DNA of 63,872 bases, the filler included, from Welwitschia mirabilis (taxonomy: Eukaryota), in NCBI GenBank assembly GCA_051453625.1. It is 7 parts of one record of this genome, joined end to end, with 100 filler letters (N's around TTAATTAATTAA, not from the genome) between each part and the next. Parts side by side here need not be neighbours in the genome. Positions count along the whole stretch, not along the records: positions 46,596 to 55,970 come from JBOZIK010000001.1; positions 56,071 to 60,189 come from JBOZIK010000001.1; positions 60,290 to 62,274 come from JBOZIK010000001.1; positions 62,375 to 63,872 come from JBOZIK010000001.1; 3 more parts are not named here. One strand, 5' to 3'. The notes under the pieces were generated by a model. That model did not search any database, was not told the DNA's origin, and saw only the letters and a program-made list of their open reading frames with translations. Below are positions 51,680 through 63,872 of the stretch, piece after piece; position 1 is the stretch's first letter, and each line of letters opens with the position of its first letter. Position numbers and translations under genes: made by a program.

Positions 51680-52577
51680 AGGAAAAGCTTTAGAGCATTT
51701 TGGCATGCAAAATGCTAAAACTATAAGCACCCCTCTTGCTTGCCATCAACTATACAATTTTGCAATTGCTTATCACACGAAAAGATCCACAGCAAGCTAT
51801 AATTTTGATTTAGATGGTGAAAAAATCAAATAGCTACTAACGCTGCGACATTTGGTAACCTTGTCTACCTTTGAAGGAGAATATATTGCCTTTTTCTAAA
51901 GCTTGCAAGAAGACGTTCTAGTTGTTTGGTTTGCTTAGTTCTCTTGGGATGAAATAAATACATTGTGTATGGTGATAACCAAAATGCCACTTTCTGGGCT
52001 AAGAACCTTGCATATTATGGGAGTACAAAGCACATATATAAAGTCCCATTTTATCAAGGAAATCATGGAGGTCAGTTTGATAAAAATTCAGAAAATTGAG
52101 ACACTAAAAGGGGAGGAGCAAGTTAGGCAGATGCGATTTAAATGATGGACAGGTTTGCCTTCAAGGAGGATTGTTAGAATGAAGTCAAACCTTTAATTGT
52201 CTCCTTTGTTCTTTTTCATAATAACATTGGTTATTTTGTATGTGGATCCCATATGTTCTACTGCTTATTTGTAAAAGGATCATTAAAATTGATTAAACAG
52301 GGTTATTAGTGGGCCATCTAGGTTCTAACACTAATGTTTGTTATAATAATGGAAATAGGTTTGGTTAGGAAAGATAAGTGCTCGTCTCGAGTGTTGATCC
52401 CAACTGTTAAGGATGGCTTGTGTTTTTGACATTTCCTAGTGGTAATGAGAACTCTAGATTATTTCATGGACACAAGGTAGAAAGAGCCTTAATCACATCA
52501 ATTTTATGTGTGTTTTCGCTTGCTGGTTTTGTTTATATGCTCTTTCTTCCTCTGTTCTCCATTGTGAATTTTCAACA
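51680..52577 (+). mobile_element. Second Tork-like copia fragment (RT/RH remnants, PPT, LTR 52172-52577)
   Basis: EHFGMQNAKTISTPLACH; VTLSTFEGEYIA; CAAGGAGGAT followed by TGTTAGAATGAAGTCAAACC; ends ...TTTTCAACA. Confidence 0.7.
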
Positions 52578-52614
52578 CCTAGCCCCCACCCATGCCTCTA
52601 ACCATTCTCTGCTA

Positions 52615-53050
52615 TAAAATCAGGTTTATTATCCAGTCCCTATAGGTACAAAAATCAGAGTAGAAAACAGAGAAACAAAAAACAAAAAAGAAAAGCAAGG
52701 AGCACAAACACATGTAAATTTAACATGATTCAGACCCTTTATACCCTGTTGAAATGGAAGAATGAAGAACTCTCATTATTGATGAAAATGTCAAGGACAC
52801 ATGCCATCCTTAATAGCTGGGCTTCAACATAACATGAGCAAAAAAATTCTTACACCCATGTGTCCCAAACAACCATACATCCCTTTTACAACAAAACCCT
52901 AATAGGACAACCGAACATTGAGCTCATTTAATTAATTTCAATAACCCCATACAAACAAGTAATAAAATTTATGGAACCCACATACAAACAGCTAATGTTA
53001 TTACAAAAAGAAACAAAAGAGACAATTAAATATTTGACTTCATTCTAGCA
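52615..53050 (-). repeat. Related copia LTR in inverted orientation
   Basis: The minus strand starts TGCTAGAATGAAGTCAAA (53050) and contains TTCAACAGGGTATAAAGGGTCTGAATCATGTTAAAAT, similar to 51573-51615. Confidence 0.65.
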
Positions 53051-56000
53051 CTGCAAGTCATCCAGATTCAATATTGAATAGCAAGCATTCTGTTGGATTC
53101 CTACTTTTGGGGGTAACCATCCAATCTGTGAGGATACTTACTGTTGTCTTTATTTGAGCTTCACTCATGACAAATGAGACTTCACTTTGTTCAAGTTTGA
53201 AAGCCATTACAGGATGATCAATAAAATTAAGATACACTGCACACACCCAAATGCTTGTTGGTTCTTGAATATAGGAACCTTCTTTTCTCTAAATTCTGGA
53301 CGTGTCTACAAGTTTAGGAAGAAGAGTTGGAAGTGTAAAAATTCTGTGTTTATTAGTTTTGATATAATCAAGCATATTTAAGCTTTTCAGTTTTTTTTTT
53401 TTTTGAACTTTCTTATGTAATAATGATGTTGCATTTTTCAGTGTTTGTAGAACAGTTTTTCTATTTATAAAAAATGTCCAACATTGATGGATTTGGTTTC
53501 ATAATGCAAGCAATGTGATCTTAAGCATGAAAATGAACCATCTGTCAATCACAGATAGTGTATTTGACATGCTAGCTAAGGGGTGCAGCAACTTGGGACA
53601 TCCTTCTTCAGCTATGTGTGAAATGTTCCAATATTTTAATAATTTAATTAGCACAAGCGATACATCCACAGCATAGACACTTATTTCCTGGGGATTGATT
53701 CTCTCCTTAAGCATGTTTTATTTGTCATGATGGCAAGCCACGCCTATCTTTGCCTGTAAGTTCTATTGCTTGCAAATGCATAATTTTGGATATTCTGATT
53801 CAAATAACTTTGGATGGCTACCTTTGTCCACGCCAGCACACTGATGTTCAAGCTATATTGACTATGATTCATGAAGTTACACTTATGTCGACCAAGTTTA
53901 CTTAAATCTAAATATTATGAAAAATAAAATAGTCTATTTCTCGTATGGCTTCAAAAGCAGACCAGTGTGTCGTGATTTTCATATCCACTTGGAATTCATC
54001 ATTCTATGCATTTTTCCTGTTAGTTTATAATTTATTCCATTTCAAACCATTAATTTTCCATAAAATGATTTTAAAATGTACGCTGTAATAGTTTTATCGT
54101 TAAGCCTTTCCTCTTGGTCTTATTTTCCCGCATGACAAATGTCCCTTGCCATTCTATCCATCCTACATGTGACGAAACCTACCAGGTGGTCCTTTTATTT
54201 CATTCTTAATGGATGACACCATTTTTATCCCAGATGAATAAGCTCACAGTTAGAGATTGGTGAACTCAAATGTATGTTTTTATGTCATGAGTATTTATTT
54301 TAAAGTTGTAATCCCTGTTATAAAGGTCACTTTCAGTTGTTTGGGTGTCTTATTTTAAAACATTGTTAAGGGCATGCACCAGAGTAAATTTAGGTTTTTG
54401 TAAAGTGTGTAACCCTATATAAGCCATCTTTGGCATCTGTTTTGGATGGACGCAGAAGAGAGTGACTGACCTCCTTAATAAGGGTTATAAGTTGGAAAAC
54501 CCAGCTTTCGATTTTCATGTTGGCTTGTAACATTCATTCAAGAGTAATGCAATATCATTGCATGTGCTACTTTGCTGTCATTTTCCTTGTTTTTCTCTTC
54601 TTTGGATATGTTTTACTATTCCTATGTTGATGGATATGAGTATTGCTGTTGCATAATGTTTTTTTTCAAAAACTGGATTAAAGCTTAAGTTTGACAACAG
54701 TGTCACAGACTATCTATTAGTGTGGCAAGCCATTTTCACAGAAAGTGTGCATTTGAAAGTTTTTGGGTGTCAATATAACTATACACTTGTATAACTTTTA
54801 GTATACATCTCTTTCCCCCAACAATTTGCTAGGTTAGCAATGTTTCTAGGGATGAAACTCCACCCTCCATGTCATAGTAGGTTTTTCCACAAAGGTAGCT
54901 ATAATTGTAGATTCTCTGCCTTCGTATTTCAATGGTTGCCATTGTTCATGATGGAGCGGTTATCCAATTCGATAAACGAGGACTATAATTCTAAGCTGTG
55001 GAAGATTAAGGTGGAGAAGCTATTTCTCTAAGTGGGATGTTGAACTACTCACAAAGAAGCCAAGTGCAAAAGCAACTTTTGTTACCATTGATGAATGAAT
55101 AGAAGGGACAGGAAAGCTTTGACAATGAATGATTCCATTCTCACAAACATGTGGAATAAAACCTCTCCACATGGTTTGTGGTGTAGGTTGTAAATGCTCT
55201 ATAAGATAAAAACCAAGACTATTTATGTCTTGTTGCATCAAAATTGCATAGCTTTAGACTAGAAGTGAATGAACTGATAATTGTTTATCTTACCACTCTA
55301 ATATTGTTGTCTCTCAGGTCATTTCAATTGGGTTAAAAATGTCTACATTTTTGGGTTTATTGCCTGGGTCCTAACATAATTTGGTGATAAGTTTGAGTTG
55401 TAATGCCATGTGCACAATGGATTTTGACAAGGTCATGGATGCTGCCTTAGTTAAGGACCTTAGAAATTTAGCTAATAGAGTTAATTTGTCGACTATTGAG
55501 GCTATGCACACTAGAGAGAAATAAGCAAAATGCAAGTTACGATGCTGGCACTATCATAAAAATGAATATATGAAGAAAGACTAATCATAAACTCAAGGGT
55601 GATGATGTTGCCTTAAAGGTTTGATCCTTTAGACAGATGGGTTTTGTAAATGAAGACTATGTTGCTTTACCATTGTTGAGGTAGGTTATAGCTTTTCCCC
55701 AAAGCTATGATTAATAAGTGGGAATTGTATATATTTCTTCTGTTGTGTGTTCAATCATGTTAGAATTATTTTTCTCCTTTATGTGTGTCGTGGATTTGTC
55801 AGTGGCTCATGAGAACACATACATAGGAGTTGGGAGGATGGTGTATATATTTGTTGCATTAATGTTGTCCTATGTGTTTTTCTTGGCTTGACAATGTTGA
55901 GAACAAATATGTTTCAATGATGAGATCAACAAAATTATTCGCAGGTCAAAGAAATAGCTCAAATCTGAAANNNNNNNNNNNNNNNNNNNNNNNNNNNNNN

Positions 56001-56070
56001 NNNNNNNNNNNNNNTTAATTAATTAANNNNNNNNNNNNNNNNNNNNNNNNNNNNNNNNNNNNNNNNNNNN

Positions 56071-56415
56071 AACATCTTTGCCTTTCCCTCTAATTTGGTA
56101 ATGACTAATGACAAGTTCATAGTTATGAATGACTAATGAGTAATGACAAGTTCAAGTTTTTGACAAACATAGTTATTTGTTTCATTAACATTTAATATGG
56201 TGTATTCCAACACTTGTCTGGTATTTAAAAATGCTCTATGCCTTATCTGAATGCATACAAATTCCTTTTTCTTTGAAAAAGTATATGAAAATCCAAACTC
56301 TTTTGGCCTTCCCGAGTTTCTGCGGAGTTTTGCCGAGTTTGCCGAGTTTGGCAAACGAGGCTGGGTCCAGGGTAGCCAAACGAGTTTGTTGCTGAGTCCA
56401 AGTTTCACAACCATG
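56071..56415. mobile_element. Right end of an hAT-like DNA transposon/MITE
   Basis: Cluster of CCGAGTTT subterminal repeats ending in TTTCACAACCATG (reverse complement CATGGTTGTGAAA). Confidence 0.6.
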
Positions 56416-56859
56416 GTTTAAAGTAATGCAAGGACCTATGTGAATTGGAAACCACAAAGAGCTAAACAAGATGTGAACAGCTCAAGAAAACTAAATCAAT
56501 TCCTTTAAATTACAACTACAAACTGGTATTTGTTTACCTTCTATTTAGTTCAGTTACGATTTAGTTCAGGTATGATTGGCATGGTGTGTTTATGCCTGAC
56601 TCCTCATTTTTCATTTGGTGTCAGAAAGCACAATATAAAAGATACATCATAGTTCCACAAATACTTCCATTCTCAATAGATAAGAATAACTGCAATAAGC
56701 AAGATAATGAAACCAACTTGAAGTTTTAGGATGCTGTATGCATAAATGTTGGTGCTTTTTATTTTGTTGGAGTCCAAACAATGCTCTAAAATAGCAAAAC
56801 TACGGAAACTATTGTGGCACCTTTGTAACACATTATGAGGAAGAAGAAGCATTAATATC

Positions 56860-57420
56860 AGCAAGGGTTGTCCAACATAGCAACAACATGTTATATAGGG
56901 AAAACCTTTCTAAGAGAATCCTCACTGGACGACATAATTCCGTATGAGGCCACTGGAAGGACAGTTCTGCAAGTTAACCAAGCAAAGTGGTAAAAAGGGG
57001 CTTCATTGGCAAACTACAATGGACAAAATGAAATTGGTAGAATCCAAACAATATCTGTGAACTTCCCATTGGAGGGGGAAGAAGCTAGAAGGCAAAGGCA
57101 AGGGAACCAAAAAATAGGACTTTCCTGTCCCTGTTGCTCTTCCTCAATCCCAGTGGAATCAAACTACTCAATCTGCCAACCACACAACCAAGCAAAATGC
57201 AGGACTCTCAATAGTTGCAAAGTTAAATTAAGGTTTTGAGTCAAGAAAGCAACTTAACCATAAATGCTGGAAGACCCACCAATACCACAATAGCCTCAAG
57301 TAAATCCAATCAAGTATCTACTCTCCCATGCAGGACATGCATAAGCTCATTTGATGAGTCACTGCAAGAGATGGAAGATGAGTTAATAGTAAAGTCTGAT
57401 ATAATAAAGAGTGCCTGGAA
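56860..57420 (-). pseudogene. Probable LINE (L1) 3'-region remnant
   Basis: Fragments SSPSNGKFTDIVW, YHFAWLTCRTVLP and GFPYITCCCYV resemble the zf-RVT region of plant LINEs; frames are broken. Confidence 0.35.
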
Positions 57421-59096
57421 TAGTGGTCTGGATATGTCATTCGTATTTTGCTGTCCACTGATGTAAATGTCAAAAGATTAAGTCATGTCAGTAGCCTGAA
57501 AAAATCATCTTTTGGAAACATGTTGTCATGTCATCACAAAATGTTAGAATTTTTTTCCCTAGATGAGGGAATTGTGAATTTTACAAGGTTTATAAACAAT
57601 ATAAGCTCAAAACAATTATAATTAAGCAATTTAAAAACAAGTTGGTCTACACCATTGAGTCAGAAGATGACTGTCATGTAAATGCCCCATTTCTACACAA
57701 TACTTCTTTTATTCTCTGCTGTTTGTCCCCTGCACATGACAGTTTAATTCCGGCTTCTCACCAACTTTTTGAAATGTCAGGAGAAAATGCCACCTGGCAA
57801 AATACATAAACCTGGATATTTATTAGGTGACATGTCACCCAATTTTGATGACATGTCACTCTTGCATCAGTTGTTTCCACTTAAATCATTTGTCAGTCTA
57901 TCCAAAAAGATAGAAACAACCATCTTTTCCTGGAAATTCATATTTGTTGTAACTGTTTAACTAGCCATGATGCTTCTATAAATGATACTGGTGTGAGAGA
58001 GAGAAAAATACAATAGAGAAGGCAACAGGTTGTTTGTAGTTCGACAATTCTGTGTCAATGAAGTGGCCATGTACCCATCAAGACTATTCCCAATCTTTAC
58101 TTTTTTAGAGTATCGTTGCAACAACATTTCAGTAATCAAAATAAAACAGGGTTTTGCCACAGGGCTTGTCTATGAGCTTTCATTGTTTGCAAGAAAGTGA
58201 TGAGCATAATCATTAATTTTGTGATGACAGTTCTACAGTATTCATCACTAATTATATTAGTTCCAATGTGTCTAACTTCATTATAGTTTGTCGAAGGACA
58301 TTTGATTGTGTTGAGATCTTGTCACGAACTCTTACTTAGAGTTACATTTGTGAACATGTACTGGTTTTCTAATGATCTTGTGTTTTGGAGAATACAGCTT
58401 TGCATAGATACTTTGTTTAGTAATTTACATGATTAATTTAGTCCCAGTCTTTCATCGTAATGTAGATGTTAAAAGATATTTATCCATGGAATGAAAAAAA
58501 AATTAGAAGTACACTAAAATTCAAACAAATGAGACAAGAAAAATTGCAGAGCTGGTTTTAAAATTGAGAGAGAGGAAATAATGTGAAAGGCTAGAACAGT
58601 CAAGCCATCTCCCAGTTGGCCTAGACAAACTATGATTCTAGACGTTTAGATGACCTATGAGATACAGTAATTTCCCTATTTAGCTCGGTTTCATACAAGT
58701 TTACCCTGATCTGCAAGAATGTCGATCAAATGAATGCTGAAAGTATTGTTACCCTATGCTTGTATACAAGTTTAATCATATGCTGATCATTTCTAGTGCA
58801 GAAAGTATTATCCGTAAGGGGCTTTGGATCAAGCAAAACAATCTTTCTGTCACTAAGAAATTACCATGATCAGAATTTCAGAGTACATTGAAACACACTA
58901 TTTAAGAGTAAGAAGAAATGATAATCCAGTAAGCCTGCTATGAAAAGGACAGACTTTTCTGTATAACTCTCTCTGCAAAGAGCAATTATGGCACTGGTTA
59001 CAAAAGAAAAAAGAAAAAAAGACAACTACGCAATAAGAAACAAAGCAAAACCAAATTTTGTTATCTTCAAGATACAAAATCATATGTTCTGCTTAC

Positions 59097-59284
59097 TTGA
59101 GTAGTGCCTCGCGCCAAGAAGGTTCAAGATGAAAAACATAATCCAAATCCAAATCTTTTAATGTTGTGTTTTCATCAATTTCTATTTTGTCTGTGGAGCG
59201 CCCCTGAGACGAACCTTTCAAGTCAAACCTTCTATGGATATGCAATTCTGTGCAAAACATGTTGCCCATCACTACAAATCGAAC
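59097..59284 (-). CDS. PIP5K: Phosphatidylinositol 4-phosphate 5-kinase (PIP5K7/8/9-like), internal exon
   Basis: cag|GTT...CTCAA|gtaagc; [62 protein letters not shown] contains the PIPK motifs DLKGS and LKDLD. Confidence 0.95.
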
Positions 59285-59409
59285 CTGCGAGAATGATCTA
59301 AAACATAATCTTAGAATTCTGAACAAGAGAGGAAAAAACAAGATCAGAACCCTGATCTTATGAGCTATCCAACTTATATCACTTTCTCAAAAGAAGAAAT
59401 GGGTATTAC

Positions 59410-59520
59410 CTTCCGGCCACCTGCTGGTTTAATTCGATGTAGGCCAAAGAATTTTGTGATTAATGTGTTATCATGCATATTAACATGGTCATGATAGTTT
59501 GGTAGCATTCTAAGAAGCAC
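59410..59520 (-). CDS. PIP5K: PIP5K internal exon immediately upstream (111 bp; not in the ORF track)
   Basis: ttttcttcag|GTG...AAG|gtaata; VLLRMLPNYHDHVNMHDNTLITKFFGLHRIKPAGGRK splices in frame (phase 0) to VRFVVMGN across a 125-bp intron. Confidence 0.95.
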
Positions 59521-60054
59521 CTGAAGAAAACACTGCTTTCATAAGATATCTAAAACCATTTGGGTGTATTGACAACAGACTTGTGCAATCCTTGTATAAT
59601 CTTGTGTAAAAATTGCTTAGAAAGCACATCAACATGTCTCAGTTTAATTTCTAAATAGATACTGCTGCATAATTTGTACCAAGAATTTGCTATGAACACT
59701 TAGCTACATAGAGCAGGAGATGCAACAAAAAAGAAAGATATCACATCCAACCAGTGACAATTCATAAATGTACAATAACCATCCTACAGTCTATTATTCG
59801 AGCCAAACGAGAAATTTTTTCAGAGAATTGAAAAGTGAGAATTTTTCAGTAATGAATCAAAAGGACAGAAACAACTACCCATGGCGGCCCCAATTCCTGG
59901 GTGTCACATTATGTTGGCATCAAAACCTTTTGATTCTTGTAAATATATTGAAGCATATCTGCTAAAATCATCTATGATTGTGATAAAGTAACCCTAATCT
60001 TTTATGCTTGTAGTATTACAAAAATACTGTTTTGCATTCATTATGCATTAACTC

Positions 60055-60189
60055 CACTGTTGCAAAACTCGCCGAGTCTCGGCGAGTACTCGCCGAGTCG
60101 CGAGTTTTTTAGCACTCGCGAGTTGGGTGAGGTGTGACTCGCCAAGTCCGAGTCAACCTCAAAAACTCGCGAGTCTCGGCGCGTCAGGC
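60055..60189. mobile_element. Left end of an hAT-like DNA transposon/MITE
   Basis: CACTGTTGCAAAACTCG start followed by dense ACTCG/CGAGT repeats; runs into a gap. Confidence 0.65.
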
Positions 60190-60629
60190 NNNNNNNNNNN
60201 NNNNNNNNNNNNNNNNNNNNNNNNNNNNNNNNNTTAATTAATTAANNNNNNNNNNNNNNNNNNNNNNNNNNNNNNNNNNNNNNNNNNNNTTCTTGAGCTA
60301 GAAACTTCATCATTGAAAATATTTTTTGCAACAATCTCAAGTTAATTTCAACACAAATCCATGAAAAAGTCCTCATCTTGACTAATTCTGAGTTAATCAT
60401 GAAGCATCTTTGATTTAATATTCTCTTAACTCCTCCAACCCACGTGAATCAAATGAAGACCTCCTTCAAGAAACTATACCTCCTTTTGAAAATATCAGAA
60501 AATCTATATCTAAAGAGGGAAAAAACAAAATTTACAGAGAAATTATCTCATCTTACATGGAGTAGAGATTCCAACAAATCAGCCAACATTAAAGGAGTTA
60601 CCAAGTCATCTCAAATACATCTATGTCTA

Positions 60630-61350
60630 TGATGATCCTAGAAAACCACTCATCATATCATCAACTTTATCTCCACATGAAGAAGCGAAAGTAGTTGATG
60701 TTTTAACGATGAAGGCTCAAGCTTTTGCATAGACTCATAAGGATTCGAGAGGTATACCTTTCAATATAGTTCAACATAACATCTAGTTGGAAGAAAATAC
60801 CAAACCAATAAGGCAAAGCCAACAAAGATTGAATCCAGCTCTACTACAAGTTGTTGAAAAAGAAATTATCAAATTAATAGTTGCTAGTATTTTTTACCCT
60901 ATTGCAAATAATGAGTGGGGTAGTCCTTTAACAGTTGTTTGTAAAAAGGGTGGGAAATTGAGAGTGTGAATTGATTTTCGAAAACTTAATAAACACACAA
61001 ACAACGATCATCACCCTTTACCTATCCTTCATCAAATTTTAGATTGATTGCAAGGACATAAGTACTATTCTTTCTTAGACGATTACAATGGCTACAATCA
61101 AATTTCGATTATGGGGGAAGATCAATCGAAAACCACTTTTACATCACCCTTTGGAACTTACGCTTATTAACAAATGCCTTGTGGGTTGTGTACTACTCCT
61201 AAAACAATTCAAAGGGCTAGGTTAGGAATTTTCACATACATGTTGGAAGAATGCATTGAGGTCTGTGTGGATAATTCTTCCTTATGGGGGAGATTCTTTT
61301 GATGAAACCTTAAAAAGATTAGCTAAGTTATTCAACAATTGCATAGAAAC
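60630..61350 (+). pseudogene. pol: Ty3/gypsy RT fragment, element E, interrupted at 61350
   Basis: PIRQSQQRLNP...IFYPIANNEWGSPLTVVCKKGGKLRV*IDFRKLN; YSFLDDYNGYNQI; VCVDNS; ends LFNNCIET. Confidence 0.88.
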
Positions 61351-62274
61351 CAGTGTTGTCAGACTCGCGGCAAGTCCGGCGAGTCCGGCGAGTCTGCGAG
61401 TTCGCCGGCCGTCGCGAGTTTTCACTTGCAAACTCGCAGAGCCGAGTCCGCGACCCCCGGACTCGCGTAAAGTAAAAAAAAAACCCTTTTTTAAAGCATT
61501 CTTCCATTTTCCCGCCACGCAACGCACAGAAACTGGTTTCAGCCACGCAGTGCATAGTGATAGCGACTTCCCGCCCAGTGTTCTTCCATTTTTCGCCTTG
61601 TTTCAAACATTCTCTTCAATAGCAACAGCATTTTTCCACCGATTTTCAATATTGAACTGGTATGTTAGTTAATGTTTTTAACATTCTGATTCCCACCATG
61701 CGAGAATGGTTCTTTTGGTTGCTAACACAAGTTCGTTTCTCCTGATTTTAATCATATATCTGCCACATAAGTTCGTTTCTCTTGATTTTAAACATATATA
61801 TGCCACATACGTTCGTTTCTCCTGATTTTAATCATATATCTAGCAGCAGAATTCTGTTGTTTATTTTGCTGTTAGTGTCTTTTCTTAGACAGTNNNNNNN
61901 NNNNNNNNNNNNNNNNNNNNNNNNNNNNNNNNNNNNNNNNNNNNNNNNNNNNNNNNNNNNNNNNNNNNNNNNNNNNNNNNNNNNNNNNNNNNNTTAATAC
62001 TGAACTGGTATGTTAGTTAATGTTTTTAACATTCTGAGTCCCACCATGCGAGAATGGTTCTTTTGGCTACTAATACAAGTTCGTTTCTCCTAATTTTAAT
62101 CATATATCTGCCACATAAGTTCGTTTCTCTTGATTTTAATCATACATCTGCCACATATGTTCATTTCTCCTGACTTTAATCATATATCTGGCAACAGAAT
62201 TCTGTTGTTTATTTTGCGTTAGTGTCTTTTCTCAGACAGTCAAAGACACAGAATAAGTTTCAATAAGTACAATT
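61351..62274. mobile_element. hAT-like DNA transposon left portion inserted into gypsy RT
   Basis: Abrupt start CAGTGTTGTCAGACTCG; CGAGT-rich GC-rich subterminus; ~41-bp tandem repeats (AAGTTCGTTTCTCCTGATTTTAATCATATATCTGCCACAT, x3) at 61729-61845. Confidence 0.7.
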
Positions 62275-62374
62275 NNNNNNNNNNNNNNNNNNNNNNNNNN
62301 NNNNNNNNNNNNNNNNNNTTAATTAATTAANNNNNNNNNNNNNNNNNNNNNNNNNNNNNNNNNNNNNNNNNNNN

Positions 62375-62658
62375 AATATATTATTTATATTGTAATGTTA
62401 TGTTTTAACATTGACCCCTATTTAAAGTTGTAAAAGGGGATTAGCTTGTAATCCTAACCCTAAGATTATATAAACCTATTAGAAGGTTGTTTATTTTATC
62501 TAGACACGTTTTTTATCCTGCTTAATCAATAGAGCTTTGCGTTGCTTCTCGTGGACGTACGGTAAAAAGAGCCTGAACCATGTAAATCTATGTTGTTACG
62601 TTTGTGTGCTTGTTGTTCCATTTTGTTGAAGTACTTTCTTGTTGTTAGATCTGTAACA
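62375..62658 (+). repeat. 3' part of a copia-type LTR inserted into gypsy element E
   Basis: TATA-like TATATAAAC; GGACGTACGGTAAAAAGAGCCTGAACCATGTAAATC; GT-rich tail; ends TGTAACA where the gypsy integrase resumes. Confidence 0.6.
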
Positions 62659-63830
62659 TAAAGGAACCATGGCTTGTGGGAATTCTCACAATCATGAAAA
62701 CACCAGGCACTTGGATTCAAGCCAAAGGAAAGCAGTTCATCAGACAGTGTGCTTCTTATATGATTTGTAGAAATAAGTTGTTCAAACAGTGCGAGGATAG
62801 CCTTATCAGGTAGTTTGTTCTTGATGTGCTCTTCCAACACTATCCGTAGGGATGCTCATGAAGGGGCATAGAAAGGACACTATACATGAAGGGAAATAAG
62901 GACCCAGGTCCTCTTAATGGGACATTTTTATCAAGAACATTGAGGGATGCTAGATTTTATTACCTTTCTTATAATAAGCGTAAGCATGTAAGAGGAATGG
63001 ATAAAAGCAGTTCATCTCAATGGAAACTTTTGATGTTAGGGGAATCATCTTCATCAAACTAATCATTCCAACTTCTTAAAGCAATTACACATCATAGTGT
63101 GTGGGGATTACCGCACAAAATGGGCTAAAGCACTAGCAACCAAAGACTCTATTGCAACTCCAACAACATTATTCTTCAAGCAGCATGTCCTTAATCAGTT
63201 TGGCATGCTAAAACTCCTTATCCTAGATAATGGTACACATTTCATGGGTAAGGTGATTTAGAAGGTTTTGAAGTCCTACAACATCAAGCAGTCTTACTTC
63301 TCCATATCATTTGTAGGTGATGTCCAAGCTAAAGACGCAAACAAGAAGATTTCTAAAATCCTTTTAAAAGTAATTAGCAAGTATAAAACGAATTGGTCCC
63401 ATAAACCCCCTAATGCGCCTTGGTCCTATAACACCTCTTGGAAGAATCCCACTAATTACAAAATGTGTGAATTGGTTTACACGAAACTTCTAACACAACC
63501 CATAGAACTAGAACATCAAACATTATCTATGATAGCTGAACTCCATTTTGACTGTCTACACTTAGATGAAAATGGAAGGCATACCTTTATGACAACGAAA
63601 TTAATAAGAAAACAAGTAAAGAAAGGCATGATAAGAAATAAAGGCAATTCAAATCCATCAAGGGTGACAAAGTCATAGTGCACAACCCCTCATTAGAAAA
63701 TTCTTCAAGTGAATTCAACTGTATTTTGGGAATGATTGATTAGCTTGATTAAATGTTTCCCTTCTAAAGCTGCGAAAATAAAAGACCCAGGTGACCCCTC
63801 AACAATTAAGATAGTTAAAGGGTGACATCT
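62659..63830 (+). pseudogene. pol: Ty3/gypsy integrase, element E
   Basis: EPWLVGIL...NKLFKQCEDSLIR; DAHEGA*KGHY; IVCGDYRTKWAKA; DNGTHF; QAKDANKKI...NWSHKPPNAPWSYNTSWK. Confidence 0.85.
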
Positions 63831-63872
63831 GAAAACCAACATCGTCTTAGCAACAGTGACCTGTGTGACTAA

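Noticed and set aside
53058..53714. Short ORFs as downstream PIP5K exons
   Set aside because: They lack DYSLLLG, GIIDILQ and SAVDP motifs; the YAVDV resemblance is weak.
56071..60189. PIP5K exons captured in a Pack-hAT element
   Set aside because: The termini face outward (a right end at 56415, a left end at 60055) and differ in sequence, so the exons lie between two elements rather than inside one.
61256..61672. Overlapping ORFs of 81-138 aa
   Set aside because: They result from the GC-rich, stop-poor subterminal repeats of the hAT-like element.
62526..62840. 104-aa minus-strand ORF as a host gene
   Set aside because: It is the antisense of the gypsy integrase zinc-finger region plus LTR sequence.

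Overview
Eukaryotic, almost certainly land-plant, nuclear DNA from a gapped draft assembly: many N runs, six of them carrying an artificial TTAATTAATTAA spacer. About 1-46.5 kb is an AT-rich nest of decayed LTR retrotransposons. It holds two Sirevirus-type (Ty1/copia SIRE/Maximus) families with env-like extra ORFs, two copies having matching 5-bp TSDs (3545-13931 GCAAC; 28875-34630 AATAT). It also holds two non-chromoviral Ty3/gypsy (Athila/Tat-like) pol remnants and a large duplication (about 1808-14300 vs 37850-46495) whose contigs look interleaved. From 46.6 kb the DNA is less AT-rich and contains Tork-like copia fragments and LTRs, a probable LINE remnant, three hAT-like DNA transposon ends, a third gypsy remnant, and two intact spliced exons of a PIP5K7/8/9-type phosphatidylinositol 4-phosphate 5-kinase (minus strand, 59097-59520). 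I found no rRNA, tRNA, CRISPR array or intact autonomous element, and I cannot support a clearly new biological system. The best leads are a decayed ~500-codon ORF of unrecognised family downstream of a gypsy pol, a ~160-bp non-coding block conserved behind two divergent gypsy pols, and a dispersed 21-bp palindrome in an unassigned element. All alignments and translations were done by eye.
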